Below are positions 19,601 through 27,898 of a stretch of 64,000 nt of DNA, piece by piece. The position numbers and the translations under genes were made by a program. Positions within the stretch are counted from its first letter, which is position 1; the number at the start of each line of letters is the position of its first letter. This DNA is from Rhodothermales bacterium (GTDB lineage: Bacteria > Bacteroidota > Rhodothermia > Rhodothermales > Bin80). The stretch covers positions 2,311,072 through 2,375,071 of the forward strand of contig OZ241742.1 of the NCBI GenBank assembly GCA_965200955.1, in the 5' to 3' direction. Below the pieces are notes generated by a model. The model was given only the letters and a program-made list of their open reading frames with translations. It was not told the DNA's origin and did no database searches.

Positions 19601-22600
19601 TCACCGACGGAGGTAATGGGCCAAGTTCTAGGGTAAATCGTTCATCGCCTTCAATGAGATGATCATTTTCGGCCAGAATTCGGATATTTCCGCGAGTTTG
19701 TCCACGATTAATGATGACTTGGGGTTCAGTACTTTGAATCTCATAATCATCCGGTGTTGCCGTATCTGCAATCAAATTAAGTGGAATCGTTACGTTACTC
19801 TCCAGGGCTCGTGACATAGTTGCTGTGACGCTTGCTTCCTCGCCTTCTTCAATCGTCTCCAGATCTACAGATAAGGTGATGGTGGGTAGATTATCAAGGA
19901 TTGTAACAATAAGGGAGATCGGCCGTCCCCCGTCTACTTCAATTGGGAGTGTGCCAAAAGAAACTGAAAAGGTCTCCGGTCCCTCCACATTATTGTCAAT
20001 CTTTGTTTGAATATCACCAGACATGCTTGTCCGTCCAGTAGGAATAACCAAACGCTTCAGTTGGATATAATCAACATCCGATTGAGCAGCAACACCTGGT
20101 CCTGTGGAATACGCAAAAGGAATCGTCACGGATTTTGAAAGCGCTTTCTGTAAATTCACAGTGATCTTAACGGGATCACCCTCCACTACCGAGCTAGGGT
20201 TTAACTCCATAGTTATCTCAACAGGAGGGTCAACATCATTGTCCGTGATCGTAATGCGTTCAGAGGATGGTGCACCTAATTTAATTCTAGGGGGTAATCG
20301 ATTGGGATCAATGGCTACGGTAAAGGACTCAATCGGCTCTACGGTGTCATCGTCGTCTGTAACAATATTGATGGATCCACGAGGTTGTCCAGATGGAATC
20401 GTCACCTCGGTTGGGCGAGCTTCAAAATCGGTTAGTTCTGTTTCGTGATCCGTATAGTCCAATGTGATCATCGATTCCGTGGTCACTGCACTTGCAAGCT
20501 CAATCGTTACCGTGATGGGTTCTCCCTCTTCTACAGATTTGGAACTGATAGACAGGCTAGCCCGTGGACCATCATCAATCACCGTAATTCCCACATTCTT
20601 GGTGTCGGCAGATGAGTATTCACCTCCAGATGCCCTGTTCACCAATACGGCTGAATCATTGTTGCCATCATTGTCAGTTCCAGCGGAAACGGTTACCCTT
20701 GTAGGTTCATTCCAGTTTGAAGAATTGAAAGACAGCGTAGATGGGTTAGCAGATACTTCTCCAGTTGCACCCGTTACACGGACCGTCACATTTGTAGTTG
20801 GTTGCGTTTCCAGTTCTACAGTGTAGGAGTCACTTTGTCCTTCTTGAATTGTCAATGAAGATGGTTTCACGATCAGGGCTACCTCATCATCGTCAGTTAT
20901 GTTAACTGTGACTTCCACTTCAGGGGCAGATGCATACTCTTCAGTACCAGTTGCAGTATTGATCAAGGTGGTGGTGTCATCTTGACCATCAGGATCCTGT
21001 TGTGCGTTGACTGTTACTGTCTTTTCATCGTCCCAGTCAGAGGTGGTAAAAAGGAGTGTAGATTGGACATTGGGCATATTAAGATCTGTATCTACAGACA
21101 CTTTTGTAGAGAGGCTATTGACAGTTACTATAACATCACTGGTTGGCTGAGTTGACAGTTTTACGGTATAGGAACCGCTTGCTCCGCCCTCATTCAAAGA
21201 TAGAGATGTGGGCACAACAGTAAGTTCAGGTGTATCATTGTCCGTCACATTTACCGTAACTTCAACAGCAGTATCGGATCCATAGCCACCGCCTGATGGC
21301 CGATTTATTAAGGTAACTTCCTCATTTGCCCCATTATCATCTTGAGCTGCACTCACCGTTACGGTTTGTTCATCGCTCCAATTGGTGGTTGTAAATGTGA
21401 GACTTGATGAGGAGGTAGTGACATCCGAGGTAGCACCTTCAATATTCACGGTGACCGATGCGGTTGGCTCGGTGGCTAATTTTACAGTGTAGCTGGCACT
21501 TCCTCCTTCGGATACATTGATGGACTGTGGATTCACAACCAGCCCAATCTCATCATTATCGGTTACAGTAACCTCCACATTGGCTTCCTTGCCAGAGTAT
21601 TCAGCCGCCCCAGAGGCTGTGTTGACGAGGGTTGCAGTGTCGTTAGCAACATCCCCATCTTCGCCTGCACGAACGGTGACGGATTTTGAATTCCAGTTGG
21701 TTGGGGTAAATGTCCATGAGGTTTGATTTATGGTAATTTCTCCCGATTCGCCTGTAATCGTGACCGTTACATTGCCACTCGGTTGGGAAGAAAGTGCTAT
21801 GGTATAGGTTTTGGATCCTCCCTCGTCAATGCTCAGCTCAGTTGGATTTACAGTGAGCGTTGCCTCATCATCATCCGTCACACTCACGGTCACCTCCACT
21901 TCATCAACGGATCCATAGTCGCCTCCAGATGCCTGATGGGTCAAGGTAATCTCATTATCTACCGCGTCATTATCTTCAAGGGCATTTACATTAACAGTTT
22001 CGCCATCTTTCCAGTTCGCATTTGTGAATGTCAATGGAGTAGGATTTGAAATTACATCTGTTGAAGATGAAGTGATCCGCACGGTTACCTGTGCTGTAGG
22101 CTGTGTTGCCAGTTTTACGGTGTAAGTACCAGAGCCTCCTTCGTTTACGCTAAGTGTTGGTGGATCTACTATGATTTCCTGCTGATCATTGTCAATCACT
22201 TCAACTGCCACTTCTTTTCTTACAGATACATACTCATCTGCCCCAGATGCCAAATTGATGAGGGTAGCTGTGTCATTGATTCCATCATCATCCTCACCCG
22301 CACTCACCGTGACAGTCTGTGGTGTATTCCAAGTAGATGTGGTAAATGTTAAGGTGTTCTGATCCCCTTGGGTATTGCTATCTGTATCCACGGTGATATT
22401 ACCAGTGGCACCAGTAACCTCAACAGTGACGGTTTCGGTAGGCTCAGTGGACAGTTCAATAGTATAGGTATTATTTCCACCCTCTGGCACCTCCAGTTCA
22501 TCTGTACTTACAACCAATTCAATATAATCATCATCGGTGACCGTAACTTCAATATTTTTGGAAATGTCTGCGTAATCTCCTCCCGAAGCGGTATTGGTGA

Positions 22601-24212
22601 GCGTTGCAGTATCGTTCACTCCGTCATCATCCTCCCCAGCACTCACAGTCACCGTCTGTTCTGTATTCCAGTTGGATGTGGTGAATGTTAACGTGTTTTG
22701 ATCTCCAGAAGTATTGCTGTCAGTATCTACGGTGATTTCTCCAGTTGTGCCAGTAACCTCAACAGTGACAATTGCCGTAGGCTCTGTAGCCAACTGAACG
22801 GTATAGGTATTATTTCCACCTTCTGGTACATCCATTGCATCTTTACTCACCACCAATTCAATATCATCATCATCGGTGACCGTAACTTCAATATTTTTGG
22901 AAATGTCAGCATAATCTCCACCCGAAGCGGTGTTGGTGAGCGTGGCAGTATCGTTCACTCCATCATTATCTTGCCTAGCACGTACGGTCACCGTCTGTTC
23001 TGTATTCCACGAGGATGATGTGAAATCAAGTGAGGTTTGATTGCCTGGAGTGTTAGGATCAGTATCCACAGTAACATCTGAGTTGTCACTCCTGATTGAG
23101 ATGGTCACATCATCAGTGGGCTTTGTCGAGAGTTTAACAGTGTATTCCTTACTGGATCCTTCATTCATTTTCAAGGATGATGGAGACACGATCAACTCCT
23201 GCTCATCGTCATCAATGACTTTGACCTTAAAGGTGATAGGATCAAGGAAACCATACCCACCTCCCGAAGCACGGATTGTAAGATCTATCATCTCATCAAC
23301 TCCATTATCGTCTTCGAGACCCTCAATCGTTACTGTCTGTGGTTGATTCCAGTTGTCGTTTTCAGGTGTAAAGAAAAAGGATTTGAAGAACTCATCACCA
23401 TTACTGCTGATGTGGGAATCAGGGATCGTCACTTTTCCAACAGGCCCTTGGACACTCACCGAAGCCCCAGGTGTCTCGGGTTCTGATGAGATTTTCACCG
23501 TAAAGGTTTTTGATTCACCCTCATTGACTTCTAAATCTGCGTTAGATAGATCTATGCCTTGGCCTGTATCATTATCATAGACATGTCTAAAAGTAAGATC
23601 AAATTCACGGTGGGCTTTAGCTTCTGGATATGCAGTATCTGCAAGACTTACATTAATTTTAACGCCCTGTAGGGTAGCGTCCACCCTACTGTTGTCGGTG
23701 GCGGTAATGGTGAAAAATTGAAGGATACACCAGTTAGATGGTGTGAATGTAAGACTTGGAACATCGGATACAACCGGTATAGCCAAGCTTGGTTGATCAG
23801 TGATATTGACAACTGCATCTGCAGAGAGTTTCGAGGAAGTCCGAATACCAAAGGTTATAGATTCACCTTCATGAATAGGGCCATTATAGCCCCCTCTTCC
23901 TATAGTCTGATGGCTTGGTGGAAGAGATGCGTATAATCCTTTTACTTTATTCTCCTCAGCTGTATCACAGTTCTGATCACTTGATGATGATTTCAGGGAG
24001 GGCATGGCATCATTTGGGTCAATGGCCAGAGGAACAAGTGAAATCATTGAACTCAATCCATCTTCTGCGATTAAGTCAAAAGTAGATGAGCTAAGATCTA
24101 CCCCTTGACCAGTGACGTTCAAGACGGAGAAAGGAAGCAGAAGAGAAATGGCACATAGAGTCACACTCAACCAACCAAATCCAGCACAACTGAAAAGACT
24201 TTGGATGAGCAT
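16683..24212 (-). CDS. Giant (~2500 aa) surface protein: Ig-like/Calx-beta repeat passenger plus C-terminal autotransporter-type beta-barrel
   Basis: Signal peptide MLIQSLFSCAGFGWLSVTLCAISLLL. About 12 modules of ~110 aa follow the pattern (L.V.P..L...EGGS..YTV.L.T.PT..VTV....LTFT..NW...QTVTV.A..D.D..), and several are canonical Calx-beta domains (e.g. NQGTALSGDDYIPSQGIVIFDPGGTRGVIQIEIRDDEEVEDPETFTIEL). The last ~350 aa show alternating beta-strand patterning (GYWARGSFQRFHGR..ALVGVDYRL..) and end in GSVRF. Confidence 0.85.
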   Translation of the reverse strand: MLIQSLFSCAGFGWLSVTLCAISLLLPFSVLNVTGQGVDLSSSTFDLIAEDGLSSMISLVPLAIDPNDAMPSLKSSSSDQNCDTAEENKVKGLYASLPPSHQTIGRGGYNGPIHEGESITFGIRTSSKLSADAVVNITDQPSLAIPVVSDVPSLTFTPSNWCILQFFTITATDNSRVDATLQGVKINVSLADTAYPEAKAHREFDLTFRHVYDNDTGQGIDLSNADLEVNEGESKTFTVKISSEPETPGASVSVQGPVGKVTIPDSHISSNGDEFFKSFFFTPENDNWNQPQTVTIEGLEDDNGVDEMIDLTIRASGGGYGFLDPITFKVKVIDDDEQELIVSPSSLKMNEGSSKEYTVKLSTKPTDDVTISIRSDNSDVTVDTDPNTPGNQTSLDFTSSSWNTEQTVTVRARQDNDGVNDTATLTNTASGGDYADISKNIEVTVTDDDDIELVVSKDAMDVPEGGNNTYTVQLATEPTAIVTVEVTGTTGEITVDTDSNTSGDQNTLTFTTSNWNTEQTVTVSAGEDDDGVNDTATLTNTASGGDYADISKNIEVTVTDDDYIELVVSTDELEVPEGGNNTYTIELSTEPTETVTVEVTGATGNITVDTDSNTQGDQNTLTFTTSTWNTPQTVTVSAGEDDDGINDTATLINLASGADEYVSVRKEVAVEVIDNDQQEIIVDPPTLSVNEGGSGTYTVKLATQPTAQVTVRITSSSTDVISNPTPLTFTNANWKDGETVNVNALEDNDAVDNEITLTHQASGGDYGSVDEVEVTVSVTDDDEATLTVNPTELSIDEGGSKTYTIALSSQPSGNVTVTITGESGEITINQTSWTFTPTNWNSKSVTVRAGEDGDVANDTATLVNTASGAAEYSGKEANVEVTVTDNDEIGLVVNPQSINVSEGGSASYTVKLATEPTASVTVNIEGATSDVTTSSSSLTFTTTNWSDEQTVTVSAAQDDNGANEEVTLINRPSGGGYGSDTAVEVTVNVTDNDTPELTVVPTSLSLNEGGASGSYTVKLSTQPTSDVIVTVNSLSTKVSVDTDLNMPNVQSTLLFTTSDWDDEKTVTVNAQQDPDGQDDTTTLINTATGTEEYASAPEVEVTVNITDDDEVALIVKPSSLTIQEGQSDSYTVELETQPTTNVTVRVTGATGEVSANPSTLSFNSSNWNEPTRVTVSAGTDNDGNNDSAVLVNRASGGEYSSADTKNVGITVIDDGPRASLSISSKSVEEGEPITVTIELASAVTTESMITLDYTDHETELTDFEARPTEVTIPSGQPRGSINIVTDDDDTVEPIESFTVAIDPNRLPPRIKLGAPSSERITITDNDVDPPVEITMELNPSSVVEGDPVKITVNLQKALSKSVTIPFAYSTGPGVAAQSDVDYIQLKRLVIPTGRTSMSGDIQTKIDNNVEGPETFSVSFGTLPIEVDGGRPISLIVTILDNLPTITLSVDLETIEEGEEASVTATMSRALESNVTIPLNLIADTATPDDYEIQSTEPQVIINRGQTRGNIRILAENDHLIEGDERFTLELGPLPPSVNEGVPSSVQITIRSDDVAGIDAETSVVISEGESRNVRVSLTAQPDGPVSVRVSKTGDDDNDLSFTPAVLPFTSQNWNQTQDILLTASQDEDSENDDDILLTLNASGDDFDDVEHEIRVEIIDDDQPGLFVQRTLTVNEGASGLLNVHLTQMPTDNVTVLVTGYESTDLALQSLSSLTFTTANYGAYQRFSLMAKEDDDSINDPVPLTLQASGGGYNLTETVLVTILDNDVAEMEVTPSALQIQEESSGDFSVRLTAEPTNTVSVEITGFQGTDLTPSTNRLTFTRSNWSRLQTVNLQSVADLDLDDDPVTLTLTATGGGYDGQKQDVSVMILDAGAVTITLFDNDAIESDGTIRLPLELDRPLLNEVITVQYATNQGTALSGDDYIPSQGIVIFDPGGTRGVIQIEIRDDEEVEDPETFTIELRSPRNAVIGNPSATATIKDDDGISTLAIEDAIAVEDDGRISFPVHLSHPSPHPITVQYYTVDGTASAGKDYVETTGMLTFAPGAMLESIVVPLLHNDFNWYEEIFYVHIESSEPARISKSSAIAVIQEETNIDQDALIAYAARFVRTTSELVIDALHQRFQPAGSTCSVAERSDMARLWHTTSSWTPSLGELLSGCQISKTSSTSVGEFGYWARGSFQRFHGRSEDAFSLRGNVASALVGVDYRLNSQWLIGIMSSINLGDGSYQIISVREDIESRLNGYYPYLLYESAGWEMWLSGGYGSGHIKVDDLRVDLTSWLGAVGLRGNIAVLNSTHMSYFGDVLYTDANLDIGGLHGEVIRVRLGVESAFQLFKGIHPYLEANVRQDGGDAETGIGLELGGGVRMSYLEGNVTGDIRSQGLVLHSADGFSEWGVSVSIQMGDPTLGFSMRIRPSWGANQGQSLQRQQTILDYNPLQSHQHRTEVELGYGMPMHDGTARSIVGVTQLPGGQLLRLGGELRPWSHVSFSISGLAHHRQAFWGDLGLNMHGSVRF
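20879..23204 (-). repeat. Intragenic tandem array of eight ~110-113-aa modules; two adjacent units are near-identical at DNA level (period 339 bp)
   Basis: The 38-mer TCATCGGTGACCGTAACTTCAATATTTTTGGAAATGTC occurs at 22531 and again at 22870. The plus-strand shadow ORFs 22368..22691 and 22698..23018 translate to near-identical peptides. Confidence 0.85.
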
Positions 24213-24254
24213 GCTAACCTTAATTGTTAACCGAGAACAAGTGTCCCAGAAAAT

Positions 24255-24264
24255 CCCCCCCCCC
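24255..24264 (-). repeat. Homopolymeric G10 tract (C10 on plus strand) at the 5' end of the giant gene
   Basis: The plus strand reads AAATCCCCCCCCCCATTTTT. On the coding strand this is ATGGGGGGGGGG, in frame with the long ORF and 43-52 nt upstream of the alternative ATG at 24212. Confidence 0.9.
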
Positions 24265-24617
24265 ATTTTTTGGTATTAATACTGCTCAGAAGGGTGTGAG
24301 ACGCTTTATTTGGACAAAGATGTAGGTTCTGCAAATGACTCATGAATTGAGTATTATAATGAGATACACAAATTCACTGAGTGATTGGGGTGTTCATAAA
24401 TATGTGGCTTTCTTGAATAATGATAGAACGCCTCAACAATCACAGGCTCTTATATTCAGATGAATGAAAGCGGTTTCATAAAATCACTTTTAAATAATAT
24501 TTTCACAGAAAAATCTCCGTAAATGATTGGTATGCGTGATTTTTCAAGGGGCATTAAGCAGCCCTGAGAAAGAATTGTGATGCTGAATCAAGAACATGGA
24601 ATTCTTATTGGGGCTGA

Positions 24618-25454
24618 TCAGAGTGCACCGAAATAGGTGATCGTGAAGCCTTGATCAGCAGTGATGTGGACTTTAGCATTCATTCTAAAAACATCAGCAA
24701 GCAACTTGTCATCTAAGACATTGGTAGGCGAGCCACTAGTAACCATGCACCCTTGATGCAACACAATCAGATGATCAGAATATTTGGATGCAAGTTCAAG
24801 ATCATGAAAAACCGCCAGAATCGTTTTGCCTTGCTTTCTGAGTCCTTTGATCAATTCAAGAAATTGATATTGATGATTGATATCAAGGTGTGTGGTTGGT
24901 TCATCCAACAAAAGAAGATGAGAATTTTGTACCATTGCCTGAGCTAAATAAGCACGCTGGCGTTCTCCGCCACTCAGCGATCGGATGGACCTTTGATTGT
25001 AGCCTGAGAGTCCTACATCCGCAAGAGCCATGTTTAAGAATTCATGGTCCTTAGGTGTAATATCTTGGAGAAGCGATTTATGAGGTATCAGCCCAAGCAA
25101 CACAAGTTCTTCAACGGTAAAATCAAAGGAATGCCAAGGAGCTTGACGCACAAAAGAGACTTGTCGGGCCAGCATCCGCTTATTCCATTGAATAATTTCT
25201 TTATTTTTAAGTACAATAGATCCTGTATAGGGTAAATATCCGCAGATGGCACGAAGCAATGTCGTTTTACCACATCCGTTTGGACCAATCAGGCCTGTGA
25301 TGGTACCAGAGGTAAGGGTAAACTGTATCTCTTGTAATATCGTAGTATTTTGAATCTGAACGCTCACATCTTTTCCAACCAGCAGTGCTGGGTCAGGACA
25401 ATGTTCATGTCCAGAGTGCGTCTCTATGGTACTCACCGATCTAGGTAGATTCAT
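24618..25454 (-). CDS. ABC transporter ATP-binding protein, FepC/FecE/BtuD class (iron-siderophore/cobalamin type)
   Basis: Walker A GLIGPNGCGKTTLL, signature LSGGERQRAYLAQA, Walker B LLLLDEPTTHLD. No permease or binding-protein gene is adjacent. Confidence 0.85.
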   Translation of the reverse strand: MNLPRSVSTIETHSGHEHCPDPALLVGKDVSVQIQNTTILQEIQFTLTSGTITGLIGPNGCGKTTLLRAICGYLPYTGSIVLKNKEIIQWNKRMLARQVSFVRQAPWHSFDFTVEELVLLGLIPHKSLLQDITPKDHEFLNMALADVGLSGYNQRSIRSLSGGERQRAYLAQAMVQNSHLLLLDEPTTHLDINHQYQFLELIKGLRKQGKTILAVFHDLELASKYSDHLIVLHQGCMVTSGSPTNVLDDKLLADVFRMNAKVHITADQGFTITYFGAL

Positions 25455-25932
25455 GAAGATTCAAGTGATGATCATGTTAACGATGATCCTATGGCTCTGT
25501 GCCTGTGATTCCTCCGAGGATCAGGATACATTTGAGAATCAGGCTTTCTTGGTACCATCAGGATACACCAGAACCAGTCACAACGGTACGGTAGAGTCCA
25601 TTGACGAAGATGACTGGCGCGTTTCGCCAGCGTATGTAGGGCGAATCATTGTGGATCCAGCATTTCCAAATCCGGTTCCATCGGGAGAATCAGTAGCGAT
25701 TCCAGTTCGCATTCGCTTTTCGGACTCTGTTGAAGGCGGACTAGAACTCACGACCTATGACAGCAATGGAATTCCTCGTCGGTTAGATTCTTTACCCAAT
25801 GCCAGTGATACGGGTTCCTATGTATTTCGATTTATGCCTCGGGTCTTAGAGCTTCAGGGACTGGTACGGGTCTATATCGTGGATACGCGTGGACGGCTTG
25901 TTTCGTATGGAGATCTATTGACGAACGGATAG
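25453..25932 (+). CDS. Hypothetical lipoprotein
   Basis: Lipobox in MKIQVMIMLTMILWLCACDSS. The body resembles a small Ig/T9SS-CTD-like beta-sandwich (DPAFPNPVPSGESVAIPV..GLVRVYIVDTRGRLVS). It ends 4 nt before the PAP2 gene. Confidence 0.6.
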   Translation: MKIQVMIMLTMILWLCACDSSEDQDTFENQAFLVPSGYTRTSHNGTVESIDEDDWRVSPAYVGRIIVDPAFPNPVPSGESVAIPVRIRFSDSVEGGLELTTYDSNGIPRRLDSLPNASDTGSYVFRFMPRVLELQGLVRVYIVDTRGRLVSYGDLLTNG

Positions 25933-25936
25933 ATTT

Positions 25937-26701
25937 ATGCAGAAACGAGTCTATATGATCGTCATTGCTGTCATACTTTCCGTTTCAATTTCTCAAGCAC
26001 AGTCTTCAACCTCGCTGAGATTCGTTCAATGGACTATTGGAGACATGACTGCGATTCCCCAGTCCGTGTTGACAGTTCAAACCGGATTAACCATTGGTGC
26101 AGTTGCAGGTGGACTCTTGGCCGTATCCCACTTTGACAAGGATCTCTCCCAACATGCCCAAGAATTTGCCCATTCAACCCCTCGCGGTCTACGCCGAGTC
26201 TTCCATGAAATGGGCAATGAACGTATTATTCGTCCCATGGCTGGGATCCTATTTCTTGGATCCCTGACAGGTGGGAACACCTATTTTCAGGATGCGGCCT
26301 TTACATCCTTCCAGTCGATCGTGTTTGCCACACTGTTGACCAATGGAATGAAACTCATTGTCGGGCGGTCAAGGCCGAATACTGGCTCAAATCCCAATTC
26401 AATTCATCCTTTCAGCGGACATCGTTCTTTTCCGTCAGGTCATTCAACCACCGTTTTTGCCTTGACAACACCTTGGCTCATGTACTACCCCAGTATAGCA
26501 ACAGCATCCATCTTCGTTTTAGGGGCAGGAACAGCCGTGGCAAGGATGGCGGATGATTATCACTGGTTCAGTGATGTGCTTGCAGGTGCAGTCATTGGGT
26601 TCGGAACTGGGTACTTGCTCTCCAAAAGGCATCAGGGGCTTGTAAGGAAAATGAACCTTAGTTTCAGCTCTCATCATATTTGCCTGACTTGGTTGATGTA
26701 G
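25937..26701 (+). CDS. PAP2-family membrane phosphatase
   Basis: All three PAP2 motifs are present: KLIVGRSRPN, FPSGHSTT, VARMADDYHWFSDVLAG. Confidence 0.85.
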   Translation: MQKRVYMIVIAVILSVSISQAQSSTSLRFVQWTIGDMTAIPQSVLTVQTGLTIGAVAGGLLAVSHFDKDLSQHAQEFAHSTPRGLRRVFHEMGNERIIRPMAGILFLGSLTGGNTYFQDAAFTSFQSIVFATLLTNGMKLIVGRSRPNTGSNPNSIHPFSGHRSFPSGHSTTVFALTTPWLMYYPSIATASIFVLGAGTAVARMADDYHWFSDVLAGAVIGFGTGYLLSKRHQGLVRKMNLSFSSHHICLTWLM

Positions 26702-27629
26702 CAGCTTTTTCAAGTCGATCCATCAAGGCACGCCCCAAATCAACAGGCATGACCCGCTCACAATAAATGACCTCAACTCCAGAGCGGTCACATGTACGAA
26801 AAAACTCAAAAAGCCGGTGGCTGTAATCTTCTATATCTTTCGCAATCAGACATTTCCTGAAGGAAGAAACATTGGAAGGCACCCCAAGCCCAATATATCC
26901 AGCATTATCTTCAGGTAATACATTGGACGAAGCGTCAACCAATCGTATTTTGGCATCAGGGGCATAATGGTGGTAGAGCATACCGGGGCTTCGATGTAGA
27001 TGGATTGCGTCGGAAGAGAATTCGGAGATGATTGCGGTGAGAGATTCTAAACTGATGGCTCCGGGACGTAATAGGACGGGGACTTGATCCGTACAGTCAA
27101 CGACGGTTGATTCCAGGCCAATCGTCGCTGCATCGCCACATAGGATACAATGAACCCGATCATGTAAGTCCTCAGCCGCGGATTCCCATGAGGTTGCACT
27201 CGGTCGTCCGCTTAGATTAGCGGAAGGAGCTGCAATGGGAAGAGCGGCTGTCTTCAGCAGTTCAAGTGCGGTGGGGTGGGATGGTATACGGACAGCAATG
27301 GTATCCAGCCCCCCCGTGACGATCTCAGGTACCGACGGATGGCGTTGAAGAACAAGCGTAAGTGGACCTGGGAAGAATGCTTCCATGAGCAGTTGAGCCG
27401 ATGGCGGAATTTCAAGAGCCACCCGTAGAGCCTCCTTTATAGACGCAAGGTGGACAATAAGTGGATTGGAATCTGGGCGCTGTTTTGCATCGTAGATTTG
27501 AGAGACTGCCCCATCATCCAGTGCATTGGCCCCCAGCCCATAGACGGTTTCCGTTGGAAAGACGACTAGTTTTCCGTCTCTGAGAAACGATGCTGCTTCA
27601 ACAGGGTCTTCAGTATAATGCGTTTTCAT
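26664..27629 (-). CDS. tsaC: L-threonylcarbamoyladenylate synthase, Sua5/YwlC type (TsaC plus Sua5 C-terminal domain)
   Basis: 321 aa with KLVVFPTETVYGLGANALD and PSANLSGRPSAT motifs. There is a convergent 38-nt overlap with the PAP2 gene. Confidence 0.9.
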   Translation of the reverse strand: MKTHYTEDPVEAASFLRDGKLVVFPTETVYGLGANALDDGAVSQIYDAKQRPDSNPLIVHLASIKEALRVALEIPPSAQLLMEAFFPGPLTLVLQRHPSVPEIVTGGLDTIAVRIPSHPTALELLKTAALPIAAPSANLSGRPSATSWESAAEDLHDRVHCILCGDAATIGLESTVVDCTDQVPVLLRPGAISLESLTAIISEFSSDAIHLHRSPGMLYHHYAPDAKIRLVDASSNVLPEDNAGYIGLGVPSNVSSFRKCLIAKDIEDYSHRLFEFFRTCDRSGVEVIYCERVMPVDLGRALMDRLEKAATSTKSGKYDES

Positions 27630-27690
27630 TGTGTATATATGAACTCAATAATGAAACCAGTTGATCATGTTTGGGGTTTACGTGTCATCT

Positions 27691-27763
<73 letters not shown>

Positions 27764-27821
27764 CCATAAACCATTTGAATGTCTCATCGTATAAGTTTCA
27801 TCTGTCCTATTTGACGACTAC

Positions 27822-27896
27822 GGTCCGGTAGTTCAGTTTGGTTAGAATGCCGGCCTGTCACGCCGGAGGTCGCGGGTTCGAGTCCCGTCCGGACCG
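27822..27896 (+). tRNA. tRNA-Asp (anticodon GTC), no encoded CCA
   Basis: Hand-folded cloverleaf: acceptor GGTCCGG/CCGGACC, anticodon arm CCGGC-CTGTCAC-GCCGG, T arm GCGGG-TTCGAGT-CCCGT. Confidence 0.95.
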
Positions 27897-27898
27897 CT

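Noticed and set aside
16850-23936. About twenty plus-strand ORFs of 60-120 aa listed in the track inside the giant gene, several with near-identical sequences
   Set aside because: They are antisense shadows of the long, repeat-rich minus-strand ORF, which is low in stop codons on the opposite strand. Their mutual similarity simply mirrors the coding repeats. There is no independent support.
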